From: an uncultured Gammaproteobacteria bacterium | GTDB lineage: Bacteria; Pseudomonadota; Gammaproteobacteria; UBA9214 | DNA: 64,000 nucleotides | NCBI GenBank assembly: GCA_963773065.1 | Contig: CAVYZN010000006.1 | Coordinates: 96,001 to 160,000 of the forward strand | Direction: 5' to 3' | Shown: positions 1-10,350 of the stretch, one piece after another | Position numbering within the stretch: the first letter of the stretch is position 1 | Layout: each line of letters opens with the position of its first letter | The notes under the pieces: model-generated | The model's input: the letters and a program-made list of their open reading frames with translations, nothing else | Databases searched by the model: none | Told to the model about the DNA's origin: nothing | Position numbers and translations under genes: made by a program

Positions 1-217
1 GCCATTGGCAGGGTCATGAATGCATGAAAACGGTATAGGCGGGGTGTCCGGCACAGCCGATTGAGACGGGCTGTTGTCATAAATCAGGAGCCTGAACTGG
101 CATGCTAATCCCGACGCATTCAGCGCCTGGAAAAACGATACCATGGCCAGGTTGTAGGGAAGCCTCTATCTGATATAAAACCAGAACAACTAAAATCGGC
201 GGTCTAGCTATTGTCAC
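1..217 (-). CDS. N-terminus of a probable glycosyltransferase (runs off window, frameshifted)
   Basis: Reads VVLVLYQ...LLIYDNSP across two frames, resembling GT2-type N-termini; sits downstream of polysaccharide genes. Confidence 0.4.
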
Positions 218-257
218 ACCGTTGCCGTCATACCTTCCCCCAGCTGAGCACAATGGG

Positions 258-1302
258 TTACTTCCGGCAGACAAGTACCGCCTCCTCTCCGCCATGTTGG
301 CTGGACAATAAAACAAGCCGCCACCCCAAGCCCAGTGCTTTCACATGGCTGAGGATGTGGCGAACTGGGGCGACTCGCCCACCCATGACATGTTTTTGGC
401 CTGCGGCCAGCTCTGTGGAGGCTAGGTCTTGGTAGACAAAACCATTCATGGACGTGAACGTTTCAACAACGGCATAATCTGCGCGACCCGCGATGCTGGC
501 CAGCGACTTGGGCGTAAATATTTGCAAATGGCGCGGGGGGTCCAGCGAACGCCAGTTTCGCCCATAATGTCTATGCACCGGCGAATCTGCGTTCGGCGTA
601 AGCGCAACCACAACGCCTCCCTTTTTGAGAATTCTGCGGCATTCGACCAGCAATTCAACGGGCGATGGAACATGCTCAATCACATGACTCATCACCACCG
701 CATCAAAGCTTTCATCGGCAAAGGCCTGTGCGAACAATTGCCCATGACGCACATCCAGCCCTTTGCTTCTGGCATGGCTGACAGCACCCTCGTCAAAATC
801 CAGGCCCGTCACATGCCAGCCCTTTTGTTGCATCAATTGCAGCGCAGCGCCGCTGCCACAACCGATTTCCAGCAAGCGGCCACTAGGTTTTGCATGAAGG
901 TGGAAAACGCTGGATTCCAGACTGTCTCTCCAGACCGGATGCAAATAGGCAGCTAAGCCCAGCAGTTTATCTACCCAGGATGACGAGAGGGGTTTATACC
1001 CATAATGGGCATGAAGATACTCAGCCGACCCGGCTCAGCAGCTCCCGCAAAGGGTTGCCGGGGGGAGGGGGCGAAGCGGTCTGGTGAGTGTAATAACTAG
1101 CGTAAAGCTTGGGCAGGTCGGCTTCCGCAGGCATCGGGTCAAGCCACAGTGTACCACAGTCCGGGTTGTTGCACTTGCTCATACCCCACGCGCCCGGCAC
1201 ATTAAAAACCGGGTCGGTCAGTCCTCGATATAACGAGCTGCCCGGTGATCCGCAGACGGGACAAACAGGGCAGGGGCGGGTTTGGATTACGTTGTTTTGC
1301 AT
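258..1302 (-). CDS. Class I SAM-dependent methyltransferase with N-terminal Cys cluster (split by frameshift)
   Basis: ORFs 1021-1302 (CPVCG...C..C) and 258-944 (LLEIGCGSG, SHVIEHVP, PPRHL). Confidence 0.8.
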
Positions 1303-1338
1303 GGCTGTATGGAATAGCGATCAGGTTCGAAGAAAACG

Positions 1339-2814
1339 TCACGCCACTTTTTGGATTGCGGTTTTTTCATTGAGCGTGACTGAGAAATAATAGCCTGTGA
1401 TGATGAGCGCAAGAATCGCCAGGCCGGTAAAAATCAGCTTCCCGGTCATTTCATTCAGCGTCATTCCGATAGCAAACAGGGCTAACGGCGTTACGAGCAG
1501 CGGGAATATCTGTCTGCTGGCAGCGGCTATATTACCGGCCAGACGATGCGCCACCAGTGTCAGCAGCGCTGCATCCATGGCGGCTCGCAACAGCCAGGCG
1601 ATGGCTACACCCGTAATGCCGAAACTATCCATCAGCCCATACATCAGAGCAAGGTACACGGGCAGCTCCAGCAGGTGCAGCTTGGCCGTGATATCTGCAC
1701 GCCCGATTCCCTGAATGAATGCGAACGGCACATGGGCATAGCTGTTCAGGAAAACACCTATGGCGAGCCATTGCAAAACGGCGGCACTCTTTTGTGCAAA
1801 GTCCACACCCAGCCACAGATGCAGCCCCTCGTCAGCAAAAACCACCAGCACCAGTACGATGGGTGACAGGATTCCCAGGATGGCGCGCCCCCCCATTGAA
1901 TACAGGGTTGCCGCATGACCCGATCCACTAGCTTTTGCCGCAGCAAAAGTCGGGAAAAGTACCGCCACCACGGCTGCCGGTATGGCCAAAAGCCGGGTGA
2001 CCATTTCATAGGGCGTCACGTAGTAAGCCACAGCTGAAATGGTCAAAACCGCTCCGATGACGAAACGATCCATGTACACCATGAGCGGCCCGATGATGTT
2101 GGACACAGTCATCCAGCCACCGAAACTCAACAGCCCTCTGATTTCTGACCGTGCTATGCCTATATGCGCTCGCAACGAGGGGTAAGCGTGAAAACAGGCC
2201 GCCGCATGCAAGGTCAGAAAGAGGGTGCGAACAGCCAACAACCCGGCGCAGACATACGCCATACTTTTCGAATAGGGAAGAATGGCAAGGGGAACCAGGA
2301 AGAGCATCGAGCCCATCGGGATACGCAGGGCGTTGATCAAGTCGAAACGCTGCAACGCAGTAAGTATCCCGGCCAGACCGGCACTTAAAACTACCGCTGG
2401 GATGGCCGCCGCCAGCAGGGTAAACGCATCAATGGTTTCTTCCCTAAATGCCTCGGGCATGTTCAATACGGAAGTGACAAACCAGGGCGTCAGGGTGGTA
2501 ACGATAACCGCCCCAATCAATGACACGACGAGCATTATCAACAGGCCCGTCCAGGCTAATCTGGAGACATCCCGCGCAGAAGATATACCCAGCCGTTCGG
2601 CTATCGACTGGGTAATCGCCCGCCCGATTCCCATGTCAAACAGGCTGAAATAGCCAATGATCGCCCAAGCCAGCGTCAGCACCCCAAACCGCTCAACACC
2701 GAAGCCCCGCACAATCAGCGGTATTGCGATCAGCCCGACCAATAACGGGAGGCCAAAGCCTGCGAGGTTGATCAGCGAATTTTTAGCGAGATCTTTGCGC
2801 GACAAAAGATTCAC
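1339..2814 (-). CDS. wzx: O-antigen/polysaccharide flippase
   Basis: 491 aa multi-TM; KNSLINLAG, FDMGIGRA, YMDRFVIG motifs. Confidence 0.85.
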   Translation of the reverse strand: MNLLSRKDLAKNSLINLAGFGLPLLVGLIAIPLIVRGFGVERFGVLTLAWAIIGYFSLFDMGIGRAITQSIAERLGISSARDVSRLAWTGLLIMLVVSLIGAVIVTTLTPWFVTSVLNMPEAFREETIDAFTLLAAAIPAVVLSAGLAGILTALQRFDLINALRIPMGSMLFLVPLAILPYSKSMAYVCAGLLAVRTLFLTLHAAACFHAYPSLRAHIGIARSEIRGLLSFGGWMTVSNIIGPLMVYMDRFVIGAVLTISAVAYYVTPYEMVTRLLAIPAAVVAVLFPTFAAAKASGSGHAATLYSMGGRAILGILSPIVLVLVVFADEGLHLWLGVDFAQKSAAVLQWLAIGVFLNSYAHVPFAFIQGIGRADITAKLHLLELPVYLALMYGLMDSFGITGVAIAWLLRAAMDAALLTLVAHRLAGNIAAASRQIFPLLVTPLALFAIGMTLNEMTGKLIFTGLAILALIITGYYFSVTLNEKTAIQKVA

Positions 2815-3014
2815 GTTTATTCACTCTTGTCCAAAATAGCAAATGACGCTGAGTCATCCTGGGGTGTAATGTAGAAATGCACCGCCAAACGGACTTTTAT
2901 CTCGGCACAGCCCAGGGTCGCCTCTTCCCACACAGGCTACTTTTCAACCTGATTATACCCATCCTCGTAGCGCACGCTGTCGCCCTCACCCTGAGACCTG
3001 CCCGGTCCGCCTCG

Positions 3015-3106
3015 CGCGTGCTCATCTGCACGATGAGCTGCCGGTGCAGCCATAGACTCGCGAACATCTCTACCAAAGAGGCATTGTGGATCTGATGCGG
3101 ACTCAC
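3015..3106 (-). pseudogene. 5' fragment of ABC-2 polysaccharide permease (Wzm-like)
   Basis: MSPHQIHNASLVEMFASLWLHRQLIVQMSTRE resembles Wzm N-termini; similarity then stops. Confidence 0.55.
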
Positions 3107-3115
3107 GCCACACCC

Positions 3116-3265
3116 TCAACACCGATCATCAACATCCTGGAACCGCACAATATCATCCTCCCCCAGATACCCGCCCGACTGGACCTCGATGATCTCGAGC
3201 GGGATGGTTCCCGGATTTTCCAGGCGATGTTTCGCTCCCAGCGAGATGTAGGTCGACTGGCTCTC
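3116..3265 (-). pseudogene. manC: 3' fragment of mannose-1-P guanylyltransferase/isomerase (cupin end)
   Basis: [39 protein letters not shown]. Confidence 0.85.
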
Positions 3266-3326
3266 GCCAGTATCCGTGCCGAAACCTGTCACAATTCTTC
3301 GATTCAACAACGCCATGCCCACCACG

Positions 3327-3752
3327 TTATTCATGCAGTGCATCCATATATTCCACTATCGAAATGGCAAATGCTCGGAAATCCTGCAACCGCTTCTTGC
3401 AGATCCCGTAAACAATGGTCCAGTCGATTACTTGATAGTTATGTACCGCGATGTTGCGGAACCCCACCGCATTTTTCATGCTTACTGTCAGTTCATTCGG
3501 TATCACGCCAATTGCCGCCAGCACATCGAACACACCGGACATGGTATCTGGGACCGGCCGTTCGGATTCGGCGACCACATGGGATGCAATGTCTACGCTC
3601 AGTTGTACTGCGCGGGTGATATTCAGCGCGACGATGTCCTGCAAGTCCGGGTCTGTGAGCAATGTCTGGATGGATTCAGGGCATTTTACTTCTATTCTGC
3701 GAACACAGACGCGCAGCGACTCCAGTTTTTCTTCTATCAGACGCCGATCCAT
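3327..3752 (-). CDS. HEPN ribonuclease toxin (HepT/DUF86 type)
   Basis: RNIAVHNY (RX4HXY) motif; overlaps the MNT gene. Confidence 0.85.
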   Translation of the reverse strand: MDRRLIEEKLESLRVCVRRIEVKCPESIQTLLTDPDLQDIVALNITRAVQLSVDIASHVVAESERPVPDTMSGVFDVLAAIGVIPNELTVSMKNAVGFRNIAVHNYQVIDWTIVYGICKKRLQDFRAFAISIVEYMDALHE

Positions 3753-4138
3753 GCTTTTCTCCGTGCCGCGATGATACGGTCCCGATAGGGCATGAAATCA
3801 GCTGCGTTGAAGAGCATCTTTTTGATCAGCTCAGCGTACAACCGGTTGTCCGTTTTATAAATTCTTTTACCCTTGGTGAGCACTTCCTGCAAAAGCAATC
3901 CGCCTGTCGACTGCAAATCCACCAAGTCTATCGGGCGCGAGCTCAACTGCGCCAGTTCCTCGATCAACGTCTGTTTCTCGCCGGCTTCGAGCGGCCGGTC
4001 GGCGGCAACCGCCAAGTCGAGGTCACTGTCGGGCTTCGCCTGTCCGCGGCTGATCGAGCCGAACAGGATGCCCAACTTGATTTGTGGGTGCCGGCTGAGT
4101 TGCTGTTCGATTTGCTGTTCAAGGTTCATGGTAGGCAA
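3737..4138 (-). CDS. Minimal nucleotidyltransferase antitoxin (MntA type)
   Basis: LFGSISRG...DSDLDLAV (GSX10DXD), IDLVDL. Confidence 0.85.
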   Translation of the reverse strand: MPTMNLEQQIEQQLSRHPQIKLGILFGSISRGQAKPDSDLDLAVAADRPLEAGEKQTLIEELAQLSSRPIDLVDLQSTGGLLLQEVLTKGKRIYKTDNRLYAELIKKMLFNAADFMPYRDRIIAARRKAWIGV

Positions 4139-4149
4139 GCACCTCAGGA

Positions 4150-4602
4150 CTTGACGCGGTCATACACATCCGCAAACCGCACAAAATCATCCTCACCCAG
4201 ATACCGCCGCGCTCGATGGCGGCCTGGAAGATGGTCATGTCGCGGGGATGACATGGTCGGCGGGCATGGCGACCATGACCGCATCGGGGTCTTTCTCCAG
4301 TAGGTACAGGGCGGCGATGGTCAGAGCGGCGGCGCGGTATTGCGTCCTTCCGGCTCGAGCAGGATGGCTCCGGCCTTGTGTCCGAGGTCATGGATCTGTT
4401 CGGCGACCAGGAAACGGTGTTCTTCGTTGCAGACGAGGATCGGCGCCTGCACGTCGGGGAGTTCGGTCAGGCGCGGCACGGTTTCCTGCAGCAGCGTGCG
4501 CTCGCCGAACAGCGGCAACAGCGGTTTGGGATAGTGTTCGCGCGACATAGGCTACAACCGGCTGCCTGCTCCGCCGGTGTGGACTACAGGGTAAATCGTC
4601 AT
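4150..4602 (-). pseudogene. manC: Internally deleted manC
   Basis: N-terminus GGAGSRL*PMSREHYPK (in-frame stop), LLEPEGRNT, ADHVI, then jumps directly to a YLGEDDFVRFADVY C-terminus. Confidence 0.85.
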
Positions 4603-4747
4603 TGTTTGGTGTCCCCGGGTTACGTATTTGGTCTGGCGCCAATGCCTTCCGTCGGATGGGGCGATTATACGGTAACTCTGAGGATTTCATAGGGTTCTGT
4701 TGGCATGCCGGCAGCCTGCGAACTGCCTGCAAGCGATTGTGTCCATG

Positions 4748-4785
4748 AAAAAAACGGCGGCCACAACAATACTCATGGCCGCCGT
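4748..4785 (-). terminator. Rho-independent terminator after comEA fragment
   Basis: CGGCGGCCA/TGGCCGCCG stem followed by T7 on the minus strand. Confidence 0.6.
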
Positions 4786-4802
4786 GACTCGTAACTGACA
4801 AG

Positions 4803-5003
4803 TTACTGTTTTGCGGGCATTTCAGCTTGTCCGAAACTGATCAGACCCTTGTTCTTCTCCAACAGACTATCCCCGATACCCTTGACCGTGGTCAGATCCT
4901 GGGGGCTGCGGTACGGCCCGTTTTGCTCGCGATAAGCAACGATGGCCGCGGCCTTCTGAGGCCCAACGCCTTGCAGAGACTCCGATAGCTGCTCGGCTGT
5001 CAG
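4803..5003 (-). pseudogene. comEA: 5'-truncated ComEA helix-hairpin-helix DNA-binding protein
   Basis: Manual translation LTAEQLSESLQGVGPQKAAAIVAYREQNGPYRSPQDLTTVKGIGDSLLEKN; no start codon or signal peptide. Confidence 0.75.
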
Positions 5004-5261
5004 TTAAAGCTCATCAAGGAGAATATTCTGGCTGCGGAGCAGATCGCACCCTATGCGCCGCTGGAAATCAAGCGCGCCGACTTGGAGAGTGAACCGGTCT
5101 CGCGCATACTGAAGCGCCTTAAGGCAACCGGCAAACTGATACTCGAGGGGATGCGCTGGCCAATCAACAGAGCCAGTTCGATGAAACTCAATAGCTTGCA
5201 CAACGGGGGTATTATGACTGCTTATCTAGATTCAACGCACTGCCAAAGCGCTGAATCAGTG

Positions 5262-5345
5262 TGACGGCGCCGGTGTAGGCCGTCTTGCGGCTAAACCCGG
5301 CTTTCTTGATCAGATGCGTGGCGATAGTGTGGTAGACAATGCCAG
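5262..5345 (-). mobile_element. IS91/ISCR-family transposase internal fragment
   Basis: Manual translation GIVYHTIATHLIKKAGFSRKTAYTGAVT. Confidence 0.6.
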
Positions 5346-5400
5346 CCGGCAACGGCAACATGAATCGCATCCTTGCAAGTTCGTCTTGAATGTCAGACTA

Positions 5401-5514
5401 GACATCATGTATTGACCTGTCCTCCTCAATTGTGGCTCTGAGCCACGGGGTGTATTGTTCCAACCTCAGCTTAATCCACGTCGCTTGAGGTCGGGCAGGT
5501 CAATACATGATGTC
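5401..5514. repeat. 114-bp MITE-like element with 19-bp perfect inverted repeats
   Basis: GACATCATGTATTGACCTG (5401-5419) / CAGGTCAATACATGATGTC (5496-5514). Confidence 0.7.
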
Positions 5515-5681
5515 AATTGCAATGTCATGGGGTTACTGCAGCAAATAGGCCCGACGGAGATGGATCGATATTGATTCACGAAGTACACTATATATCATTA
5601 TCTTTTCACGATGTTACAACATCTGCATACTCACCCGTCCCCGCCTTGACTGACTCCAAGCTTTTACCGTCACGCTTTTCC

Positions 5682-6208
5682 ATGAAAATTTTCGGTCGTT
5701 GGCCTCAACCAGACCGGCACAACGATACTTGGCGCCTGTCTCCGCCATTGGGGCTTCAGGCACATTTCGTTCTATGAAAGCACCTATGCCATGTGGGAAA
5801 AGGCGGATACAGAAGACGCTGCTCGCACGGGCTTCCCGATTTCAACGTTTCGAAGACTGGCTATGCGCATTGTGCTACCGCGAACTTGATGAGGTATTCC
5901 CGGGTTCCAGGTACTTACTCACTCGCACGCGTTCTTCTCCAGATTCCTGGTTTCAAATCCTGTGCGCGCATGGTGGCCGCACCGGGCCCACCCGCTTATG
6001 TGAAGTTGTCTATGGCCATACGATGCCCCACCGTTACCGGGATGAGCAGATCCAGTTTTACGAGAGCCATCTGCAAGAGGTCCGACACTACTTTCGCAAC
6101 CATCTACATGACCTTCTGGATGTTTGCCGGGAAGAGGAGGATGACTGGAAGGCGCTTGCGAACTTCCTTGGCACCGCGGTACCCGCCACTCCCTTTCCTC
6201 ATGCGTAA
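5682..6208 (+). CDS. Sulfotransferase-family protein (frameshifted)
   Basis: MKIFG..GLNQTGTT start, FEDW, H..EVRHYF...DLL, WKALANFLG...PFPHA. Confidence 0.7.
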
Positions 6209-7325
6209 CAACAATCCCTCTGGTAACAGGGAAAGATACCTCGTCACGGGGTGTACCGGCTTCATCGGCCGTCATATCGTTCGCGCATTGCAGGAGAACG
6301 GGAGCGAGATCCGGGGACTTAGCCGACAACCGCCGCTTGATCCTGAAAACCCTTCAATAGACCTGTTCCAGGGTGATCTGTCCCGACCCGATACCTTGCA
6401 AGGCGCCGCGGAAAATATCGATATCATCATCCACGCGGCAGGTCATGCCCATGCCGCCGCCACCGGCCCGTCCGGGATACACAATCAAGTTACGCTGGAG
6501 GGCACCCGCCACCTGCTGGCCGAGGCCGAGAAGCGCGGCGTACAGCGCTTCATCTTCATCAGCAGCGTCAAGGCCATGCCCGAACCCGGGACAGGCTGTC
6601 TGGACGAGACGGCAACGGGCCTGCCGGAAGACGAATACGGGCTGTCACGACGCCGGGCCGAGGAACTGGTCCTGGAGGCGGGACGTCGCACCGGCATGCA
6701 CGTCAGCATCCTGCGGCCGGCCCTGGTCTATGGCCCGGGATGCAAGGGCAACCTGGCCAGCATGCTGCGCTGGATCGACAGGGGCCTGTTCCCGCCGGTC
6801 CCCGATACCGGCAATCGCCGGTCGATGGTGGATGTCCGCGACCTGGTGCGGGCGGTCATGCTTGCCGCCGAAAAAGAGGCCGCCGCGGGCAAGACATACC
6901 TCATCACCGACGGGGAGGACTATACCACGAGGCGGATTTACACCGCGATGTGCACGGCGCTGGGTAAATCCGTGCCAAAATGGTCAGTGCCTGTTCCCGC
7001 GCTGAGGGCCATGGGCAGGGTCGGGGACGCTTTTGAGGCGGTGCTGGGCCGCCCGGCGCCCTATAACAGCATGACATGTTCAAGATTGCTCGATTCAGCC
7101 TGCTACCGGTCCGTGCATGCCGCATCAAGCCTCGGGTTTCATCCTGTATATAAACTGGAGGATGCGTTGCCCGCTATGGTGGAAGCCTACCGTCAGCAGG
7201 CGACCCGTCAAAGCATAAATCGAGATGCTGCCCGCGATCATCCTAACTTTTGTCGTTGCCGCCCTGCTCGCCTGGTTACTGACCCGGGCCCGTGGTCACT
7301 GGCGGGTACTCGATATACCGAATGA
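6201..7325 (+). CDS. NAD-dependent epimerase/dehydratase (true stop probably near 7225)
   Basis: VTGCTGFIG, FISSVKA, YGLSR, LRPALVYGPG. Confidence 0.85.
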   Translation: MRNNNPSGNRERYLVTGCTGFIGRHIVRALQENGSEIRGLSRQPPLDPENPSIDLFQGDLSRPDTLQGAAENIDIIIHAAGHAHAAATGPSGIHNQVTLEGTRHLLAEAEKRGVQRFIFISSVKAMPEPGTGCLDETATGLPEDEYGLSRRRAEELVLEAGRRTGMHVSILRPALVYGPGCKGNLASMLRWIDRGLFPPVPDTGNRRSMVDVRDLVRAVMLAAEKEAAAGKTYLITDGEDYTTRRIYTAMCTALGKSVPKWSVPVPALRAMGRVGDAFEAVLGRPAPYNSMTCSRLLDSACYRSVHAASSLGFHPVYKLEDALPAMVEAYRQQATRQSINRDAARDHPNFCRCRPARLVTDPGPWSLAGTRYTE

Positions 7326-8229
7326 GCGTTCCCTGCATACGCAGCCGACACCTCGCACCGGCGGTGTTGCGATACTGGCGGGTGCGGGTGCCGGCATGGT
7401 TATGGCCTGGCATCAGGGCTACACCATAGTGGATGCCGCAATGCTGACGGCTATACTGACGCTGGCGCTGGTTGCACTGGTCGATGACCGTCACGACCTG
7501 GGTGCCGGTGTGCGACTGCTCGTGCAAGCCGCTGTTGTTGCAGTGCTGTTGTATTTTAACCGGCAGCCCGACATGCCTGTCATGCTGTTGCCCTTCGCCC
7601 TGCTGTTCCTGGTCTGGATGATCAATCTGTACAATTTCATGGACGGCATGGACGGTTTTGCAGCCGGGATGGCCGGCATCGGTTTTGGGACTTACGCCTT
7701 GCTGGCCTGGCAGGCAGGTCACATGGAGTTGGCGCTGGGCTGTGCCGTAATCGCGGCCGCTGCCGTCTGGTTTCCTGCTGTTGAATTTCCCGCCTGCCAG
7801 GCTGTTTATGGGGGACAGCGGCTCAACCGTGTTCGGCCTGCTGGCCGGAATCGTCATCCTGCAGGCGCATGTTGAGGGTATTCTGCCTCTCTGGCTGGGC
7901 ATCCTGGTGTTTTCCCCCTTTATCGTGGATGCCAGCATTACCCTGACTGCCCGTGTACTCCGTGGCGAGCGTTTCTGGAGCCTCATAAAACTCACTATTA
8001 TCAGAGGGTTGTGCAGCTCGGCTGGGGACACAGGCGGACCACGCTGGCAGAATACGGCCTGATGATGGCGTGCAGCGGCACCGCCATTGCCGCCGCCGGC
8101 ATGACAATTCATGCCCAAGGATTCATAATCGCCGCCTGGTCAGTAATATACGCCGTTCTGATGCGCCTGATCCGCGGTGCCGAACGTCGCAAGGAACGCA
8201 AGCATGAGACTTTACGGCCGGCTCCGTAG
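7225..8229 (+). CDS. MraY/WecA/WbpL-family polyprenyl-phosphate sugar-1-P transferase (two frameshifts)
   Basis: DIPNERSLHTQPTPRTGG, NLYNFMDGMDG, NFPPARLFMGDSGS. Confidence 0.85.
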
Positions 8230-10085
8230 CCCCTTAGTTGCCTTCATCCATGACCTGTTCATGGTCCCGACTGCGTGGTTCGCCGCTTACTGGCTGCGAT
8301 TCAATTTCTCTGTGATCCCGGCTGAGTATCTTACCGAGGCATGGCTCTGGCTGCCGCTACTTGTGATGACACAGGCCGGCGCGTTTGTATATTTCGGGCT
8401 CTACCGTGGCGACTGGCGGTTTGCCTCCATGCCGGACCTGGTGCGTATCATCAAGGCCGTCTCGGTGGGGACGCTCATCTGCCTGGCGGTCATTTTCCTG
8501 CTGACACGACTGAGCGCCATCCCCAGAGCGGTATTTCCCGCTTACTGGTTGCTCTTGATCGTGGCCCTGGGGACCCCGCGGTTTTTCTATCGCTGGTTCA
8601 AGGACCGGAAGTTCTATCTCGGAAGCGGGAAACGCGTACTCATCGTCGGTGCCGGCCGCGCCGGGGAAATGCTGGCCCGGGATCTGCTGCGTGACCCGGA
8701 ACGCAACCTGGAACCCATCGGCTTTGTCGATGACAAGAGACGCAAACTGGGAGCCGAGATCCACGGCATCCGGGTGCTTGGCAACTGCGCGCAGATACCC
8801 GAACTGATAGAGAAGCTGGAAATTGACCTCATCCTGATTGCCATACCCTCCGCACGCTCCCGGCAGTTGCGGCGCATAGTGGAATATTGCGAGGCTTCTA
8901 ACACCCCGTTTCGGGCTATCCCGTGCATGCAGGACCTGGTGGCCGGCCGCGTTAGCATCGATACCTTGCGGGAATTATCGATTGAAGACCTGCTGGGCAG
9001 GGACGCGGTCACACTTGACCAGCGGGCAATCAGCGCCGAACTCTCTGGGAAGATGTGTACTGATCAGTGGCGCCGGCGGATCAATCGGTACTGAATTATG
9101 CCGTCAGGTGGCCCGGCTGGTCCCGGCAAGACTGCTGTTGCTGGAAAACTGCGAATTCAATTTGTTTCGCATCGAAAATGAACTGCGGCAGTCGTTCCCC
9201 CATCTGGATATCCAGGCAAAGCTCTGCGATGTGGCGGATACGGCCGCGGTCGAAACGCTGTTCGAGCGCTACCACCCGGATATTGTCTATCACGCCGCCG
9301 CCTACAAACATGTACCGATGCTGGAATCCCAGGTACGCGAGGCCATCCAGAATAATGTCTGCGGCACCCGGGTCATGGCACTTGCCGCAGACCGTAACGG
9401 TTGTGATGCCTTTGTGCTGATATCGACAGACAAGGCAGTCAATCCCGCCAACATCATGGGGGCCAGCAAGCGGATCGCGGAAATCTTCTGCCAGAATTTC
9501 AACCAGCATTCATCAACGCGATTTATCACTGTCCGTTTCGGCAATGTACTCGGCTCGGATGGCAGCGTCGTTCCCCTCTTCAAGGCGCAGATCGAAGCCG
9601 GTGGCCCGGTGACCGTGACCCACCCGGAAATGACCCGCTATTTCATGACTATCCCCGAGGCCTGCCAGTTGATACTGCAGGCCGAGTCCATGGGCAGCGG
9701 CGGTGAGATTTACGTGCTGGATATGGGCGAGCCGGTCAGTATCACCTATCTGGCAGAGCAGATGATCCGATTGTCCGGTAATGAGCCTGGCAAGGATATC
9801 GAAATCGTGTACACCGGTCTGCGGCCGGGTGAAAAACTCTTTGAAGAACTTTTTCATGAAAAGGAACGACTGGTCGGCACGCAGCACGAGAAGATTTTCC
9901 TCGCCAAACATCGAAAGATTGAGTGGGAACTACTCGACGAGACCATCAGGAATATGGACGCGGCCTGTAAGTCCTATGACGAAGAGGCCCTGTTAAAAGG
10001 CATCGCTATCCTGGTGCCTGAACTGCATCATATCGACAGGGAGTTGCCCGACAATGTGATTCAATTGGCCAGCCAGCGGAATTAG
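8204..10085 (+). CDS. WbpM/CapD/PglF-type nucleotide-sugar dehydratase (frameshift near 9050)
   Basis: N-terminal TMs, IEDLLGR, GAGGSIGTEL, HAAAYKHVP, ISTDKAVNP, VRFGNVLGS. Confidence 0.9.
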
Positions 10086-10104
10086 GCGGACAGAATGCCA
10101 GCCA

Positions 10105-10260
10105 TGCAGATTGGCCTGATTGCCCGCCTGGCCGGGGCGATGTACGACCAGCGATACCTGTCGTACATCGATCACCCCCTGACCGACCCGTTCAGTCAGC
10201 GGATCTTCCAGACCGCCTGCGGCTACAATGACGCCAATGGCTTGCGCCGCGGCCCATTGC
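10105..10260 (+). mobile_element. IS1380-family transposase fragment
   Basis: IGLIARLA...SYIDHPL...QRIFQTACGYNDAN. Confidence 0.6.
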
Positions 10261-10350
10261 CGAGTGTGGCGGTGACAACTGGCCGCGTTATGATCCGGGC
10301 ATGTCTTCCGGCGTATAAGCAGAGACCGCTCGATTGGTGGTCAGACCGGT

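Noticed and set aside
5395-5415. dif/Xer site
   Set aside because: Only a partial resemblance (CATCATGTAT); no 28-bp XerC/XerD consensus
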